A DNA stretch of 64,000 nt from an uncultured Chloroflexia bacterium (GTDB lineage Bacteria; Chloroflexota; Limnocylindria; Limnocylindrales; CSP1-4). Positions within the stretch are counted from its first letter, which is position 1; each line of letters opens with the position of its first letter. Below the pieces are notes generated by a model. The model had not been told where the DNA came from. It did not search any database and was given only the letters and a program-made list of their open reading frames with translations. Below, piece after piece: positions 48,965-58,517 of this stretch. The stretch covers positions 214,489-278,488 of the forward strand of contig CAVTIO010000003.1 of the NCBI GenBank assembly GCA_963734935.1, written 5' to 3'. A program made the position numbers and the translations under genes.

Positions 48965-49825
48965 CTAGCCCAGCCGGGCCAGGGCAGCCCGGATGGCCCG
49001 GCCGGCGATCACGCCGGCCATGGCCGACCGGTATTCGGCGGACGCGTGGATGTCGGCGTTCACCGTGCGACCACCGACGACCGCCGCGGCAGCAGCCGCG
49101 ACGTCCGCGTCGCCCGCCGTGGTACCGGTGAGCGCCGCCTCGGCCTCGGTCGCGCGGTAGGGATGCTCCCCCACCCCGGTGACGCCGATCCCGGCCCACA
49201 GGACGTGGTCGTCAGGGCCGAAGATGAGCACGGCTCCCACGCCGACCATCGGGTAGCCCGACGCGGGCTGCTCGAGGCTGACGTAGGCGGAGCCCGCGTT
49301 GTCGAGCGGTTTCGGCAGGACGACCCGCGTGAGCAGCTCGTCCTCGCTCATGATCGTCGTGAACGGCCCGGTGAAGAACCCGTCGGCCTTGACCGTCCGC
49401 GTCCCCGATGCGGACTGGAGGACCAGATCCGCGTCAAGCGCAAGCGCGACGGCTGCGAAGTCCGAGGCCGGGTCGGCGTGCGCGATCGCACCACCGACCG
49501 TCCCCCGGTTCCGCACCTGGACGTCGCCGATGGTCGGCAGCGCGTCCCTGAGCAGGCCGTAGGGGGCCGCTGAAGAGTCCGCGAGCTCCGAGTACGTGGT
49601 GAGCGCGCCGATGGACAGTCGGCCGTCGTCGAGCCGCTCCACCCCCCGCAACTCGCCCAGGCGGCCGATGTCGACCAGCGTCCCGACCGACGCCAGCCGC
49701 AGCTTCATGAGCGGCAGCAGGCTCTGGCCGCCGGCGATGACCTTGGTTCCGTCGCCGGATGCGAGCGCCCTGAGCGCCTCGTCGAGGCTGGCAGCCCGGG
49801 TGTACTCGAACGAAGCCGGGATCAT
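48965..49825 (-). CDS. FAD-binding medium subunit of form II CODH-like molybdoenzyme
   Basis: [21 protein letters not shown]...VIAGGQSLLPLMKLRLA. ATGA overlap with the large-subunit stop. Start moved to about 49825. Confidence 0.85.
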   Translation of the reverse strand: MIPASFEYTRAASLDEALRALASGDGTKVIAGGQSLLPLMKLRLASVGTLVDIGRLGELRGVERLDDGRLSIGALTTYSELADSSAAPYGLLRDALPTIGDVQVRNRGTVGGAIAHADPASDFAAVALALDADLVLQSASGTRTVKADGFFTGPFTTIMSEDELLTRVVLPKPLDNAGSAYVSLEQPASGYPMVGVGAVLIFGPDDHVLWAGIGVTGVGEHPYRATEAEAALTGTTAGDADVAAAAAAVVGGRTVNADIHASAEYRSAMAGVIAGRAIRAALARLG

Positions 49826-52245
49826 GCCTGACCTCCCTTCGCGGAGCCGTTGCCATCGGACGCCGCCTGGATGGCGCCCCACACCTTCTGGGCGGTGTAC
49901 GGCATGTCCAGGTGACGGATGCCCAGCGGGCTCAGCGCGTCGATCACGGCGTTTGACACGGCGGCCGTGCTGGCGATGCAGCCGGCCTCTCCGACGCCCT
50001 TGACGCCCAGTGGGTTGACGGGTGACGGTGTCACCGTCTCGTCCAGCTCGAAGCTGGGCAACCACGACGCCCGCGGCAGCGCGTAGTCGAGCATCGAGCC
50101 CGACAGCAGCTGCCCGTCATCGTCGTACACCGCGCCCTCCCAGAGCGCCTGGCCGATGCCCTGGGCGATGCCGCCGTGGAGCTGGCCGTCGACGATCATG
50201 GGGTTGATCTTCTTGCCCACGTCGTCCACCGCGACGTAGCGAACGAGGTCCACGACGCCCGTCTCCTCGTCGATCTCGACGATCGCGATGTGGGTCCCGA
50301 ACGGGAACGTGCAGTTCTCGGTGTCGTGGTAGGCCGTCTCGTCGAGATACGGCTCCATGCCGGGTGGGGTGTCGAACGCCAGGTCCAGCGCAAACGCGAT
50401 CTCCTGGAGCGTCTTCTTCTTGTCGGGCGAGCCCTTGACCCGGTACTCGGCGCCATCGATCTCGATGTCGTCCGGGCTCGCCTCGAGCATGTGGGCCGCG
50501 TAGCGTTTCGCCTTGTCGCGGATCTTGGCCGCCGCCTTGAGCGCCGCTCCGGTGCCCACGTTCGACGTCCGTGATCCATACGAGCCGTAGCCGAACGGCG
50601 TGCCCTGCGTGTCCGAGTGCTGGACGACGATGTCCTCCATCGGCACCCCGAGCTCGTGACTGACGATCTGGGCGTACGTCGTCTCGTGGCCCTGGCCCTG
50701 CGGCTGGGTGCCCATGGTGACCACGACCTTGCCGGTGAGGTGGACCTTGATGTTGGAGGACTCCCACATCGCCGCCCCCCAGCCTTCGCCGACGGCGCCG
50801 ATCCACTTCGAGGGCGCGACGCCGCAGACCTCGATGTAGGTCGAGAGCCCGACGCCCAGCAGCTTGCCGCGGCCCTTCGCGTCGGCCTTCTTCGCGGCCA
50901 TGTCCGCGTAGCCGGCCATCGCCAGCGCCTTGTCCATGGCGGGCTCGTAGTTGCCCGAGTCGATGTACAGCTTGCTGCCGTTGACCGCGGTCAGCAGCCC
51001 CGACGGGTTGTCGTAGGGGAACGAGTCCGGCGGCAGGAAGTTCCGGCGCCGGATCTCGGCCGGGTCGATGCCCAGCTCGTCAGCCACCAGGTCCATCGCT
51101 CGCTCGACGACATAGGTGGCCTCCGGTCGGCCGGCGCCGCGGTAGGCGTCCACGAACGTGGTGTTGGTGTAGACGCCGGTGACCTCGCAGAAGACGTTCG
51201 GGATCTTGTATGGCCCCGACAGGATCCGGCCATAGAGGGTGGTCGGGATGCCGGGCCCGATCGTGGACAGGCGGCCGCCCAGGTTGGCGTACGTCTTGAC
51301 GCGGAGGCCCTTGACCTCGCCATCCTTCGTGGCCGCCGCCTCGAGGTACGTGATGTGGTCGCGGCCGTGGATCGTGCTCTGGTAGTTCTCACGGCGCGTC
51401 TCGACCCACTTGACGGGCCGGCCACCGATGAGCTTGCTGGCGAACAGGACGAGCGCCATGTCCGCGTAGCAGAAGATCTTGGTGCCGAAGGCGCCGCCGA
51501 CGTCGGGGCTGATGCAGCGGAGCTTCTGCTCCGGGATGCCCATGGTGAAGATGCCCACCAGCAGGCGCTGGATGTGGGGCGTCTGGCTGGACATCCAGAT
51601 CGTGTACTCGTCGGTTCCCGGGTTGTACCAGCCGATATCGCCGCGAACCTCCATCGGGTTCGGGATCAGCCGCTGGTTCACCACGCGTTGGCGGACAACG
51701 ACCTCGGCGCCATCGAAGGCTGCCTCGGTGCCGTCCTTGTCGCCCACCGACCATTCGAACACGATGTTGTTGGGGGCGTTCTCGTGGAGCTGCGGGGCTC
51801 CCGGCTGGGTGGCCTTCTCGGCGTCGACCACGGTTGGCAGCGGCTCGAAGTCGACCTGGATCAGCTCCAGGGCATCGACCGCCTGCTCGGGCGTCTCGGC
51901 CACGACCGCGGCCACCCCCTCGCCTGTCCACTTGACGTCGTCCGTGGCGAGCACGCGCGGCGTGTTGGTGTTGTTCTGGATGCCCGAGGCACCGCCGGCC
52001 GGCCAGGCCATCGGCAGCGGGTTGTACGGGATGTCCGCCCCCACCACCACCGCGATGACGCCCGGGGCGGCCCTGGCGGCGCTGGTGTCGATCGAGCGGA
52101 TGTTGGCGTTCGCGTACGGGCTTCGCAGGATGGCCATGTGGACCATCCCCTGGAGGCTGATGTCGTCGAGGTAGCGGCCCTTGCCGGTGATGAAGCGCGG
52201 GTCCTCGACCCGCTTGACCGGAGCGCCCAGGACGTCGGTGGTCAC
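49822..52245 (-). CDS. form II CODH-like molybdopterin large subunit (xanthine dehydrogenase family, substrate unknown)
   Basis: Form II active-site loop AYRGAGR (in VDAYRGAGRPEATYVVERAMD) replaces the Cu-ligating AYRCSFR. 807 aa, with the full XDH-family domain set. Confidence 0.9.
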   Translation of the reverse strand: MTTDVLGAPVKRVEDPRFITGKGRYLDDISLQGMVHMAILRSPYANANIRSIDTSAARAAPGVIAVVVGADIPYNPLPMAWPAGGASGIQNNTNTPRVLATDDVKWTGEGVAAVVAETPEQAVDALELIQVDFEPLPTVVDAEKATQPGAPQLHENAPNNIVFEWSVGDKDGTEAAFDGAEVVVRQRVVNQRLIPNPMEVRGDIGWYNPGTDEYTIWMSSQTPHIQRLLVGIFTMGIPEQKLRCISPDVGGAFGTKIFCYADMALVLFASKLIGGRPVKWVETRRENYQSTIHGRDHITYLEAAATKDGEVKGLRVKTYANLGGRLSTIGPGIPTTLYGRILSGPYKIPNVFCEVTGVYTNTTFVDAYRGAGRPEATYVVERAMDLVADELGIDPAEIRRRNFLPPDSFPYDNPSGLLTAVNGSKLYIDSGNYEPAMDKALAMAGYADMAAKKADAKGRGKLLGVGLSTYIEVCGVAPSKWIGAVGEGWGAAMWESSNIKVHLTGKVVVTMGTQPQGQGHETTYAQIVSHELGVPMEDIVVQHSDTQGTPFGYGSYGSRTSNVGTGAALKAAAKIRDKAKRYAAHMLEASPDDIEIDGAEYRVKGSPDKKKTLQEIAFALDLAFDTPPGMEPYLDETAYHDTENCTFPFGTHIAIVEIDEETGVVDLVRYVAVDDVGKKINPMIVDGQLHGGIAQGIGQALWEGAVYDDDGQLLSGSMLDYALPRASWLPSFELDETVTPSPVNPLGVKGVGEAGCIASTAAVSNAVIDALSPLGIRHLDMPYTAQKVWGAIQAASDGNGSAKGGQA

Positions 52246-52256
52246 GTCGTCCCTCC

Positions 52257-52763
52257 TCAGGCCGTCGCGGTCGCGGCTGCCGGGTCGGCAGGCTCGCGGA
52301 GCATGCGGGCAGCCTCGGCCACGGCGAGCACGATGTTGTGGTAGCCGGTGCAGCGGCAGATGTTGCCCTCGATCGCGTGCCGGATCTCCGTCTCGCTCGG
52401 CTCCGTGTCACGGGCCAGCAGGTCGGCCGCGGCCATGATCATGCCCGGCGTGCAGAACCCGCACTGCAGCCCGTGCTTGGCCCAGAAGGCCTGCTGGAGC
52501 GGGTGGAGGTCGTCGCCTGCGGCCATCCCCTCGATCGTCGTGACCGAGCTACCGTCGGCCTGCGCCGCGAGCATCGTGCAGCTCTTGATCGCGTGGCCAT
52601 CGACGTGAACCGTGCACGCGCCGCACTGGCTCGTGTCGCACCCGACGTGCGTACCGGTCAGTCCGAGATCCTCCCGCAGGACCTGGACGAGGAGCCGCCT
52701 TGGCTCGACATCCACCTCCCTTGGCTCGCCGTTCACCTCGAGTGCCACATGCAGCTCGGTCAC
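52257..52763 (-). CDS. [2Fe-2S] small subunit of the form II CODH-like enzyme
   Basis: [11 protein letters not shown] and CGFCTPG...CRCTGY. Start set to the GTG ([12 protein letters not shown]) with an AAGGAGG RBS 8 nt upstream. The track's 43-aa extension is rejected. Confidence 0.85.
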   Translation of the reverse strand: MTELHVALEVNGEPREVDVEPRRLLVQVLREDLGLTGTHVGCDTSQCGACTVHVDGHAIKSCTMLAAQADGSSVTTIEGMAAGDDLHPLQQAFWAKHGLQCGFCTPGMIMAAADLLARDTEPSETEIRHAIEGNICRCTGYHNIVLAVAEAARMLREPADPAAATATA

Positions 52764-52913
52764 GGGGACGACCTCCTTTCCCCCGTCGAGCGGGGGTCGC
52801 GACGTGGGTGCGGCGCCCGACCGCTGATCGCCCTTGGGGTCAGCCGCGCGGACGGTGAGCCGGATGGTGGCACCGTGACGTCGTCGGCGCAACCCGGTTG
52901 CAGCGCGTGATGC

Positions 52914-53924
52914 CTAGGGCGTCTCGCCACGACCTCGGCGCCGGTTGGCACGACCGTGGCCGGTGGCGAAGCTCCGCGGGTCGAGGCCCTCGGCCACGGC
53001 GTCCGCGGGCGCCATGACCGCCAGCCGCGCCGCGCGGGCGAGCGTCGCCAGTGCCTCCTGCGCGGCGACGGGCGTCAGGAGGTGCAACGACGACGCGTTG
53101 GCGAGTCCGACCCGGCTGGGGCCGCGACCCTTCGACGAGGCCGCGTAGCGGGCCGCCCAGTCGAGCGTCGGTCCCGGGTCCCCGCGGGCGGGCACCTCGA
53201 GCGCGGCGCACACGATGCCGCGATCGCCCGGTGCCGCCCTGACCAGGTACCAGTTGTCGGGACCAGAGATAAGGTCGAACAGATACGAGCTGTAGGGCGC
53301 GGACAGGATCGCGTCCGTGCCGGCCTCCCATGCGGAACCACCCTGGATGACGAGCATCGCGTGGAGCTCGCGTGCCTCGGCAAGGAGCGCGGATTGAGCG
53401 GCCGCGAACAGCTCGCGCTCGGCATCGTCGTTGCCGATGGCCGTCGCGTCAGGCTCCTCCACGTGGACCATCGGGCACCCAGCGGCGTGCAGCGAACCCA
53501 GCTGCCTCGCGAGACGACCGGCCAGCTCGAGCGTGATCTCGGCTCGTGCCTCCGGGTCCTGCCCCTCGGTCCCCCGCCGCCCGAGCGAGTACGGACCCGG
53601 GATGACCTGGGCGACGGTCCGCTCCGTCAACACCGCGGTCTCCCGCCAGGCGCGCGTGATCGGGCCGTCGGCGCCAAGGTCGTCGGCGTGGACCGCGCGG
53701 AGAACGGCGGCGCCGGGATCGGCGCTCCTCACCTGGCCATCGGTGACGAGGTCCAGGCCGGCCGCCTCCTGGGCGCGCACGGCCTCCGCGACCAGCGTCT
53801 CGATCGTCGATTCCAGGCGGTCCCGGGCGCCGGCGTCTCCGGTCGCCGCGGCCGCCTCGAGCGACGCCACGTCGAGCCCCTCGGCTGTCGTCCGCGGCCA
53901 GCGGCCGCTGAGCATCGCGAACAC
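52914..53924 (-). CDS. cobalamin-independent methionine synthase (MetE) C-terminal-domain-like protein (UROD/MetE fold)
   Basis: LVTDGQVRS and GCPMVHVEEP resemble the IxDGE and IQIDEP regions of the Meth_synt_2 family. Immediately upstream of, and co-directional with, the form II CODH genes. Confidence 0.6.
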   Translation of the reverse strand: MFAMLSGRWPRTTAEGLDVASLEAAAATGDAGARDRLESTIETLVAEAVRAQEAAGLDLVTDGQVRSADPGAAVLRAVHADDLGADGPITRAWRETAVLTERTVAQVIPGPYSLGRRGTEGQDPEARAEITLELAGRLARQLGSLHAAGCPMVHVEEPDATAIGNDDAERELFAAAQSALLAEARELHAMLVIQGGSAWEAGTDAILSAPYSSYLFDLISGPDNWYLVRAAPGDRGIVCAALEVPARGDPGPTLDWAARYAASSKGRGPSRVGLANASSLHLLTPVAAQEALATLARAARLAVMAPADAVAEGLDPRSFATGHGRANRRRGRGETP

Positions 53925-53931
53925 CGGGTTG

Positions 53932-55098
53932 TCAGCCCCAGATCGAGACGCCCTGCATCCAGAGCAGGACGAGGGCGATAGCGAGGATGACGAGGGCGAC
54001 GACCTGGATCAGCTGCATCCCCCCGCCGCCGACCACCGGCTCCATCGTGCCCTGCGTCGGTCCGGGACGCGTCCACAGCGAGCGCATCGTCGGAACGTGC
54101 GTGGGCGCAAACAGGGCACCAAGCCAGACACCGGCCAGGAGACCGCCCAGGTGGGCCGTGTTGTCGATCCCGGCCACAACGAACCCGAACACGAGGTTGA
54201 TGGCGATCAGGCCGCCCATCTGCCCCAGCAAAGCCCGCGATTGGCGGTCGAGCACGGGACGGTGGATGACCTGGTTCGCGAACAGCAGCCCGAACAGGCC
54301 GAAGATGGCCCCCGAGGCGCCGACGCCCAGGGGAGCCGGGCCGAAGGCGAACGACATCAGCGAACCGGCGGCGGCGAATATCAGGTAGAACGCCAGAAAC
54401 CGCCAGCGACCGTACAGCCGCTCCACGAACGGACCTGCGATCCACAGCGCATACATGTTGAACCCGAGGTGGAGGATGCTGGCGTGCACCAGCGTCACGG
54501 TCCACAGTCGCCAGAGCTCGCCCTGGGCGATCGCGGGCTTGTCCAGCTCCAGCAGCCTCCCGAGGTCCCTCCCGGCCGGGCCGCCGAACAGCACGATCAG
54601 TGACACCACCGAGGTAACGGCGATGATCACCAGGGACAGCGAGATCCCGGTATCCCCCCGAGCGCGGGAGAAGTAGCGTCCCGCCGCGCCCTTGTCCCCC
54701 AGCTCCTTGGACAGCCAGCCCAGGCGCGATGCGATCTCGGCCTTGTCGGCGGCCGGCGCGCGACGGTCCGCCTCCCGGTACGCCGCCAGCGCGCCTCGAA
54801 GGTCACCGTCACGCACCCGGGCGGCCGCGACGTTGCGCCAGGCCGGGTATGTTGCCGGGCTCTCTGGCAGCCGCGTGACCTCTTCCCAGGTACGCAGCGC
54901 CTGGGCGTCGTCGTTGAGCCGGTACCACGCCTCGCCCAGGCCGAGCAGCGCCGCGCCGGTCACGCCCGGGTCGTCGAACCCGACCACCCGCTGGTAGAGG
55001 CGGGCGGCATCGACGAAGTCCGCCGACTCCATGAGCTCGGCCGCGTGGTCGAGCGCGGCCATTGCCGCTTCACGCGACAGCGGTCCGTCGTGGCTCAT
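53932..55098 (-). CDS. rhomboid family intramembrane serine protease with N-terminal TPR repeats
   Basis: Rhomboid catalytic GASGAIFGL (Ser) and HLGGLLAG (His). N-terminal TPR-like soluble domain. Start moved to MSHDGPLS at 55098. Confidence 0.8.
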   Translation of the reverse strand: MSHDGPLSREAAMAALDHAAELMESADFVDAARLYQRVVGFDDPGVTGAALLGLGEAWYRLNDDAQALRTWEEVTRLPESPATYPAWRNVAAARVRDGDLRGALAAYREADRRAPAADKAEIASRLGWLSKELGDKGAAGRYFSRARGDTGISLSLVIIAVTSVVSLIVLFGGPAGRDLGRLLELDKPAIAQGELWRLWTVTLVHASILHLGFNMYALWIAGPFVERLYGRWRFLAFYLIFAAAGSLMSFAFGPAPLGVGASGAIFGLFGLLFANQVIHRPVLDRQSRALLGQMGGLIAINLVFGFVVAGIDNTAHLGGLLAGVWLGALFAPTHVPTMRSLWTRPGPTQGTMEPVVGGGGMQLIQVVALVILAIALVLLWMQGVSIWG

Positions 55099-55192
55099 CG
55101 CGCCGTGGTAGTCGAACGGGGGTCGATCGGTCACGCCGGCGACTGTACAGGAGGTCGCGACGGTAGCGTCGGGCCGGCCTAGACTCGCGGAC

Positions 55193-55984
55193 GTGTGCGG
55201 TCGCTTCACCCAGCAACGACCAACGTCCGAGCTCGCCGAGATCTTCGAGGCCGAGGACCTCGCCGACGACCCCGGAGGGCGCTACAACGTGGCGCCCACC
55301 GATGGCGCCGCGGTCGTGGTCCAGCGCGACGGACGCCGGGCCGTCGTGCGCTACGGATGGGGCCTGGTCCCCGGCTGGGCCGCGGATGCGCGGGGCGCCG
55401 CGCGAGCCTTCAACGCACGGGCCGAGACCGTGGCAACCAGCCCGCTGTTCCGGGACCCGTTCCGGCGCCGGCGCTGCCTGGTTCCGGTGGACGGGTTCTA
55501 CGAATGGCGGCGGACCGGCTCGACGCGCCAGCCGATGTGGATCCACGATCCGGGTGGCGGAGTGCTGGTCCTCGCTGGACTGTGGACCGGCCGGCGGGAG
55601 CCGGAGACCGGCGAGTGGCGCCGCACGTTCACGATCGTGACCACGGGACCCAACTCGTTCATGCGCGAGATCCACGATCGGATGCCGGTAGTCCTGCCCC
55701 GCGATGCGTGGACGGCATGGCTCGCGGTGCCGGGCGCGACCGTCGGCGCGGCCGACGCCTCCGGCCCCGGTGTCGGCTCCGACGTCGCCGGCGGATCGCG
55801 CCCGCCGTCCCACGCGATCGGCGCGGAGCGGACTGACGCGGAGCTCAGGGCGCTGCTCGAGCCGCGCGACGACATCCCGCTCAGCGCGCGGCCGGTGCCG
55901 ACGCTCGTGAACAACGTGCGTAACGACGGCCCGGCGCTGATCGAGCCGCTCGCGGGTCCATCGGACACGCCGACGCTGCTCTGA
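55193..55984 (+). CDS. SOS response-associated peptidase (SRAP/YedK/HMCES family), abasic-site sensing
   Basis: N-terminal MCGRF with the catalytic Cys2. Conserved RYNVAPT, PVDGFYEW and MPVVL motifs. Confidence 0.85.
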   Translation: MCGRFTQQRPTSELAEIFEAEDLADDPGGRYNVAPTDGAAVVVQRDGRRAVVRYGWGLVPGWAADARGAARAFNARAETVATSPLFRDPFRRRRCLVPVDGFYEWRRTGSTRQPMWIHDPGGGVLVLAGLWTGRREPETGEWRRTFTIVTTGPNSFMREIHDRMPVVLPRDAWTAWLAVPGATVGAADASGPGVGSDVAGGSRPPSHAIGAERTDAELRALLEPRDDIPLSARPVPTLVNNVRNDGPALIEPLAGPSDTPTLL

Positions 55985-56024
55985 TCACGCTCGTGGCCCC
56001 GGCTCGAAACAGATGGCGGGCGAG

Positions 56025-56606
56025 CTAGGGCTCGACGCGCTCCCACCCGTCGCCTGCGGCCGCGGCGAAGGCGGCGCCTGGCGAATCGCCTCGATCCAGC
56101 CCCGCGGCATAGCGTCCGATCAGCCTCGCAAACGACCCGTCGTCGTCGGCCGGCGCGATCAGCACGGTCGCGTCTGGATCGACACGCGTCGGCGCTTCTC
56201 CTCCGGGCGGCAGGGCCAGCACGAGATGGGCACCGGCGAACGAGGCGCCGTCAAGGCACACCGGGTGAACGCCCGGCGGCGCGTCGTCGCTCACGACCAG
56301 AACGGAGAACCCGGGGAGGTACCGCAGCCCGAGATCCACATCGGCCGGTTCGAGCTCGGGGGCGTCATCGGTTGCGCCGATCACCCTGGTCGGCCGGGCC
56401 GGGTCCCGCAGCAGCGCCACATGGCCGACGCCAGCACCCGCGAGCGCGAGCAGCAAGGCGTCACCGGCATCGTCGTCGCCCGTGCGGCCCACGAGCTCCA
56501 CCGCCGAACCGGCTGCGGCGGCAGCGATGCCGATCTCACACGCGCGGCCACCGGCACGCCCTTCGTCCGTGGCATCCCACGCCGGGACGCCGACCACCAC
56601 GATCAT
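56025..56606 (-). CDS. hypothetical protein
   Basis: ORF with GC3 bias starting MIVVVGVPAWD. No confident family assignment. Confidence 0.4.
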   Translation of the reverse strand: MIVVVGVPAWDATDEGRAGGRACEIGIAAAAAGSAVELVGRTGDDDAGDALLLALAGAGVGHVALLRDPARPTRVIGATDDAPELEPADVDLGLRYLPGFSVLVVSDDAPPGVHPVCLDGASFAGAHLVLALPPGGEAPTRVDPDATVLIAPADDDGSFARLIGRYAAGLDRGDSPGAAFAAAAGDGWERVEP

Positions 56607-56712
56607 GGCCCCGAATCTACGCGACCTCGCGTTTCCGGTCCGGCCAATCGGGCGATGTCCGGCTCCGGGGAGCCCTCAAGTCAGGGGACGCCCCCGCGGG
56701 TCAGGGGACGCC

Positions 56713-57489
56713 CTACGAGTCAGGGCTGCCGGTCGGCTCAGCGGTGCCCTGCGGCTCCTGGGTCGAATCGGGCTCCTGGGTCTCCGGCGCGTCGGTCGCG
56801 CTCCCGCCATCGTCCTCGGGTTCGTGCGTGCGCGTGGGCGTGGGCGTGGCGGGCGCCTTGGTCGGCTTGACCGTCGAGGTCTCGCCACCACCCCCCTCGC
56901 CGTCCGCAGTGTCGGTCGGCTCCGCCGTGTGCGTGGGCTCGGTCGATGGCTCGGGGCTCGGGCTCGGCTCGACCGACTCGGTGGGTTCGGCGGTCGTCGA
57001 TGGTCCCGGCTCGAGCGATGCCGGGGCGATCGTCGGCAACGGCGTCGTCACGACAGCCGGCGGCGACGGCGCGGCATTGTCCCCGGCGAGCAGCCCGGCG
57101 GCACCCGCGGCGGCCAGGCTCGAGCCGGTCACGACGCCGACCACGACCAGAACCAGCGCGAATGCCTGTGCCCGGACGGCGACCGGGAAGCCTCCTCCGG
57201 TCGCCACTCGCCAGGCGTCGCGCAGCGAGGCGAGGAACGCGCCCAGGGAACCGGCCCGAAGCGCGGTGCCCGCTGCCCGGACCGGCGCCGGAACGGGTTC
57301 CACGGCCACCGCCGCCATCACACGCTTGGTGAAGTCCCGCGTGGGGGCGGCGCCCGAACGGTCGGCGAAGACCTCCAGCTCCCGAGCCATCCTCGTCGTC
57401 TCGACGATGTCCTCGGTGAGCCCGTCGGCGCCCTCGAGCTCGCGAGCGTCAAACGGCGGCCGGCCGCCCTGCGGGCCCATGCCGGTCAC
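56713..57489 (-). CDS. putative anti-sigma factor: cytoplasmic N-domain, one TM helix, Pro/Thr/Glu-rich extracytoplasmic tail
   Basis: 4-nt overlap with the ECF sigma stop. TM segment ALVLVVVGVVTGSSLAAAGAAGLLAG. The tail is low-complexity (EPT/EPS repeats). Confidence 0.55.
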   Translation of the reverse strand: MTGMGPQGGRPPFDARELEGADGLTEDIVETTRMARELEVFADRSGAAPTRDFTKRVMAAVAVEPVPAPVRAAGTALRAGSLGAFLASLRDAWRVATGGGFPVAVRAQAFALVLVVVGVVTGSSLAAAGAAGLLAGDNAAPSPPAVVTTPLPTIAPASLEPGPSTTAEPTESVEPSPSPEPSTEPTHTAEPTDTADGEGGGGETSTVKPTKAPATPTPTRTHEPEDDGGSATDAPETQEPDSTQEPQGTAEPTGSPDS

Positions 57490-58124
57490 CGGTCTGCCTC
57501 ATCGAGGGAGCGGCGGAGCCGTGCCAGCCCGCGATGGAGGTGGGTCTTGACCGTGCCGAGGGGACGCGCGGTCGTCTCGGCGATCTCGTTGAGCGAGCGC
57601 TGGGCGAAGAACCGGAGGGCGACGACCTCGCGGTACGGCTCGTCGAGCGAGGCAACCGCGGCGCGCAGCCTGGCGTCTCGCTCCGAGCGAAGGACGGCAT
57701 TTGCAGGGTCGATGGCGTCGCTGGCGCCGCTGGCGCCGGCCGTCCGGAAGCGGTCCCGACCCGGCTGGTCGGCATCCGCCGCGAGCGGGTCCAGCCAGAC
57801 CACCTGCTTGCGCTGCGCGGCACGCCGCGTCGCAAGCCGCACGGCGATCCGCGACAGCCACGCGCCGAACGGTCCCTCGGAGCGCCAGGATGCGAGCGAC
57901 CGGTAGGCGATCACGAACGCCTCCTGGGCAACATCTTCGGCCTCGTGGCGGTCACCGAGAATCCGGGCGCACGTCGCGACGACCTGGCGGCTCTCGCGCT
58001 CGACGAGGATTCCGAAGGCATCGCGATCCCCGGCCAGCACGTCAGCGACGACCTGGCGCTCATCGCGCGTTGCTCCAAGGTCCGATGCGACCACCGAGGT
58101 CCGGTCCGTGGGCCCGTCCTCCAT
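57486..58124 (-). CDS. ECF (sigma-70 family group IV) RNA polymerase sigma factor
   Basis: Region 2 (AQEAFVIAYRSLASWRSEGPFGAWLSRIA) and region 4 HTH (EVVALRFFAQRSLNEIAETTARPLGTVKTHLHRG). Start chosen at MEDGPTDR. Upstream in-frame ATGs are also possible. Confidence 0.8.
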   Translation of the reverse strand: MEDGPTDRTSVVASDLGATRDERQVVADVLAGDRDAFGILVERESRQVVATCARILGDRHEAEDVAQEAFVIAYRSLASWRSEGPFGAWLSRIAVRLATRRAAQRKQVVWLDPLAADADQPGRDRFRTAGASGASDAIDPANAVLRSERDARLRAAVASLDEPYREVVALRFFAQRSLNEIAETTARPLGTVKTHLHRGLARLRRSLDEADR

Positions 58125-58517
58125 TCCGCGTGTAACTGCAAGGGCGACGCCGGAGGTACCCGGCACAGACACGCTCCCGCGTGGCTGCATGATCGACCAT
58201 CGAGCCGACGTCCATTGCAGATCGTTGGTCACGGGGACCCATGGGACCGCTGGGTGCGGGATGGGATCGACGCGGAGAGGATGGCTGCCGCGGCGGTCCT
58301 GTCGGACGATGCGTCCGACACGGGGGTCAGCGGGGTTGCCGTCGCCGGCGTGACCGACGCCCCGCGGGCGTCAGTGCTGGGGCCGGATCGGCGGGCGGGT
58401 GCCATGAGGTCTCCCAGGGTCGCGGGCCGAAGCCGGCCGCGTCACCCCTCCTGAGGCGTCCGAACGGGGGAAGGTTTCACGAGCCGTGGATCAACCACGG
58501 GCAAGATCCGTCCGGCG

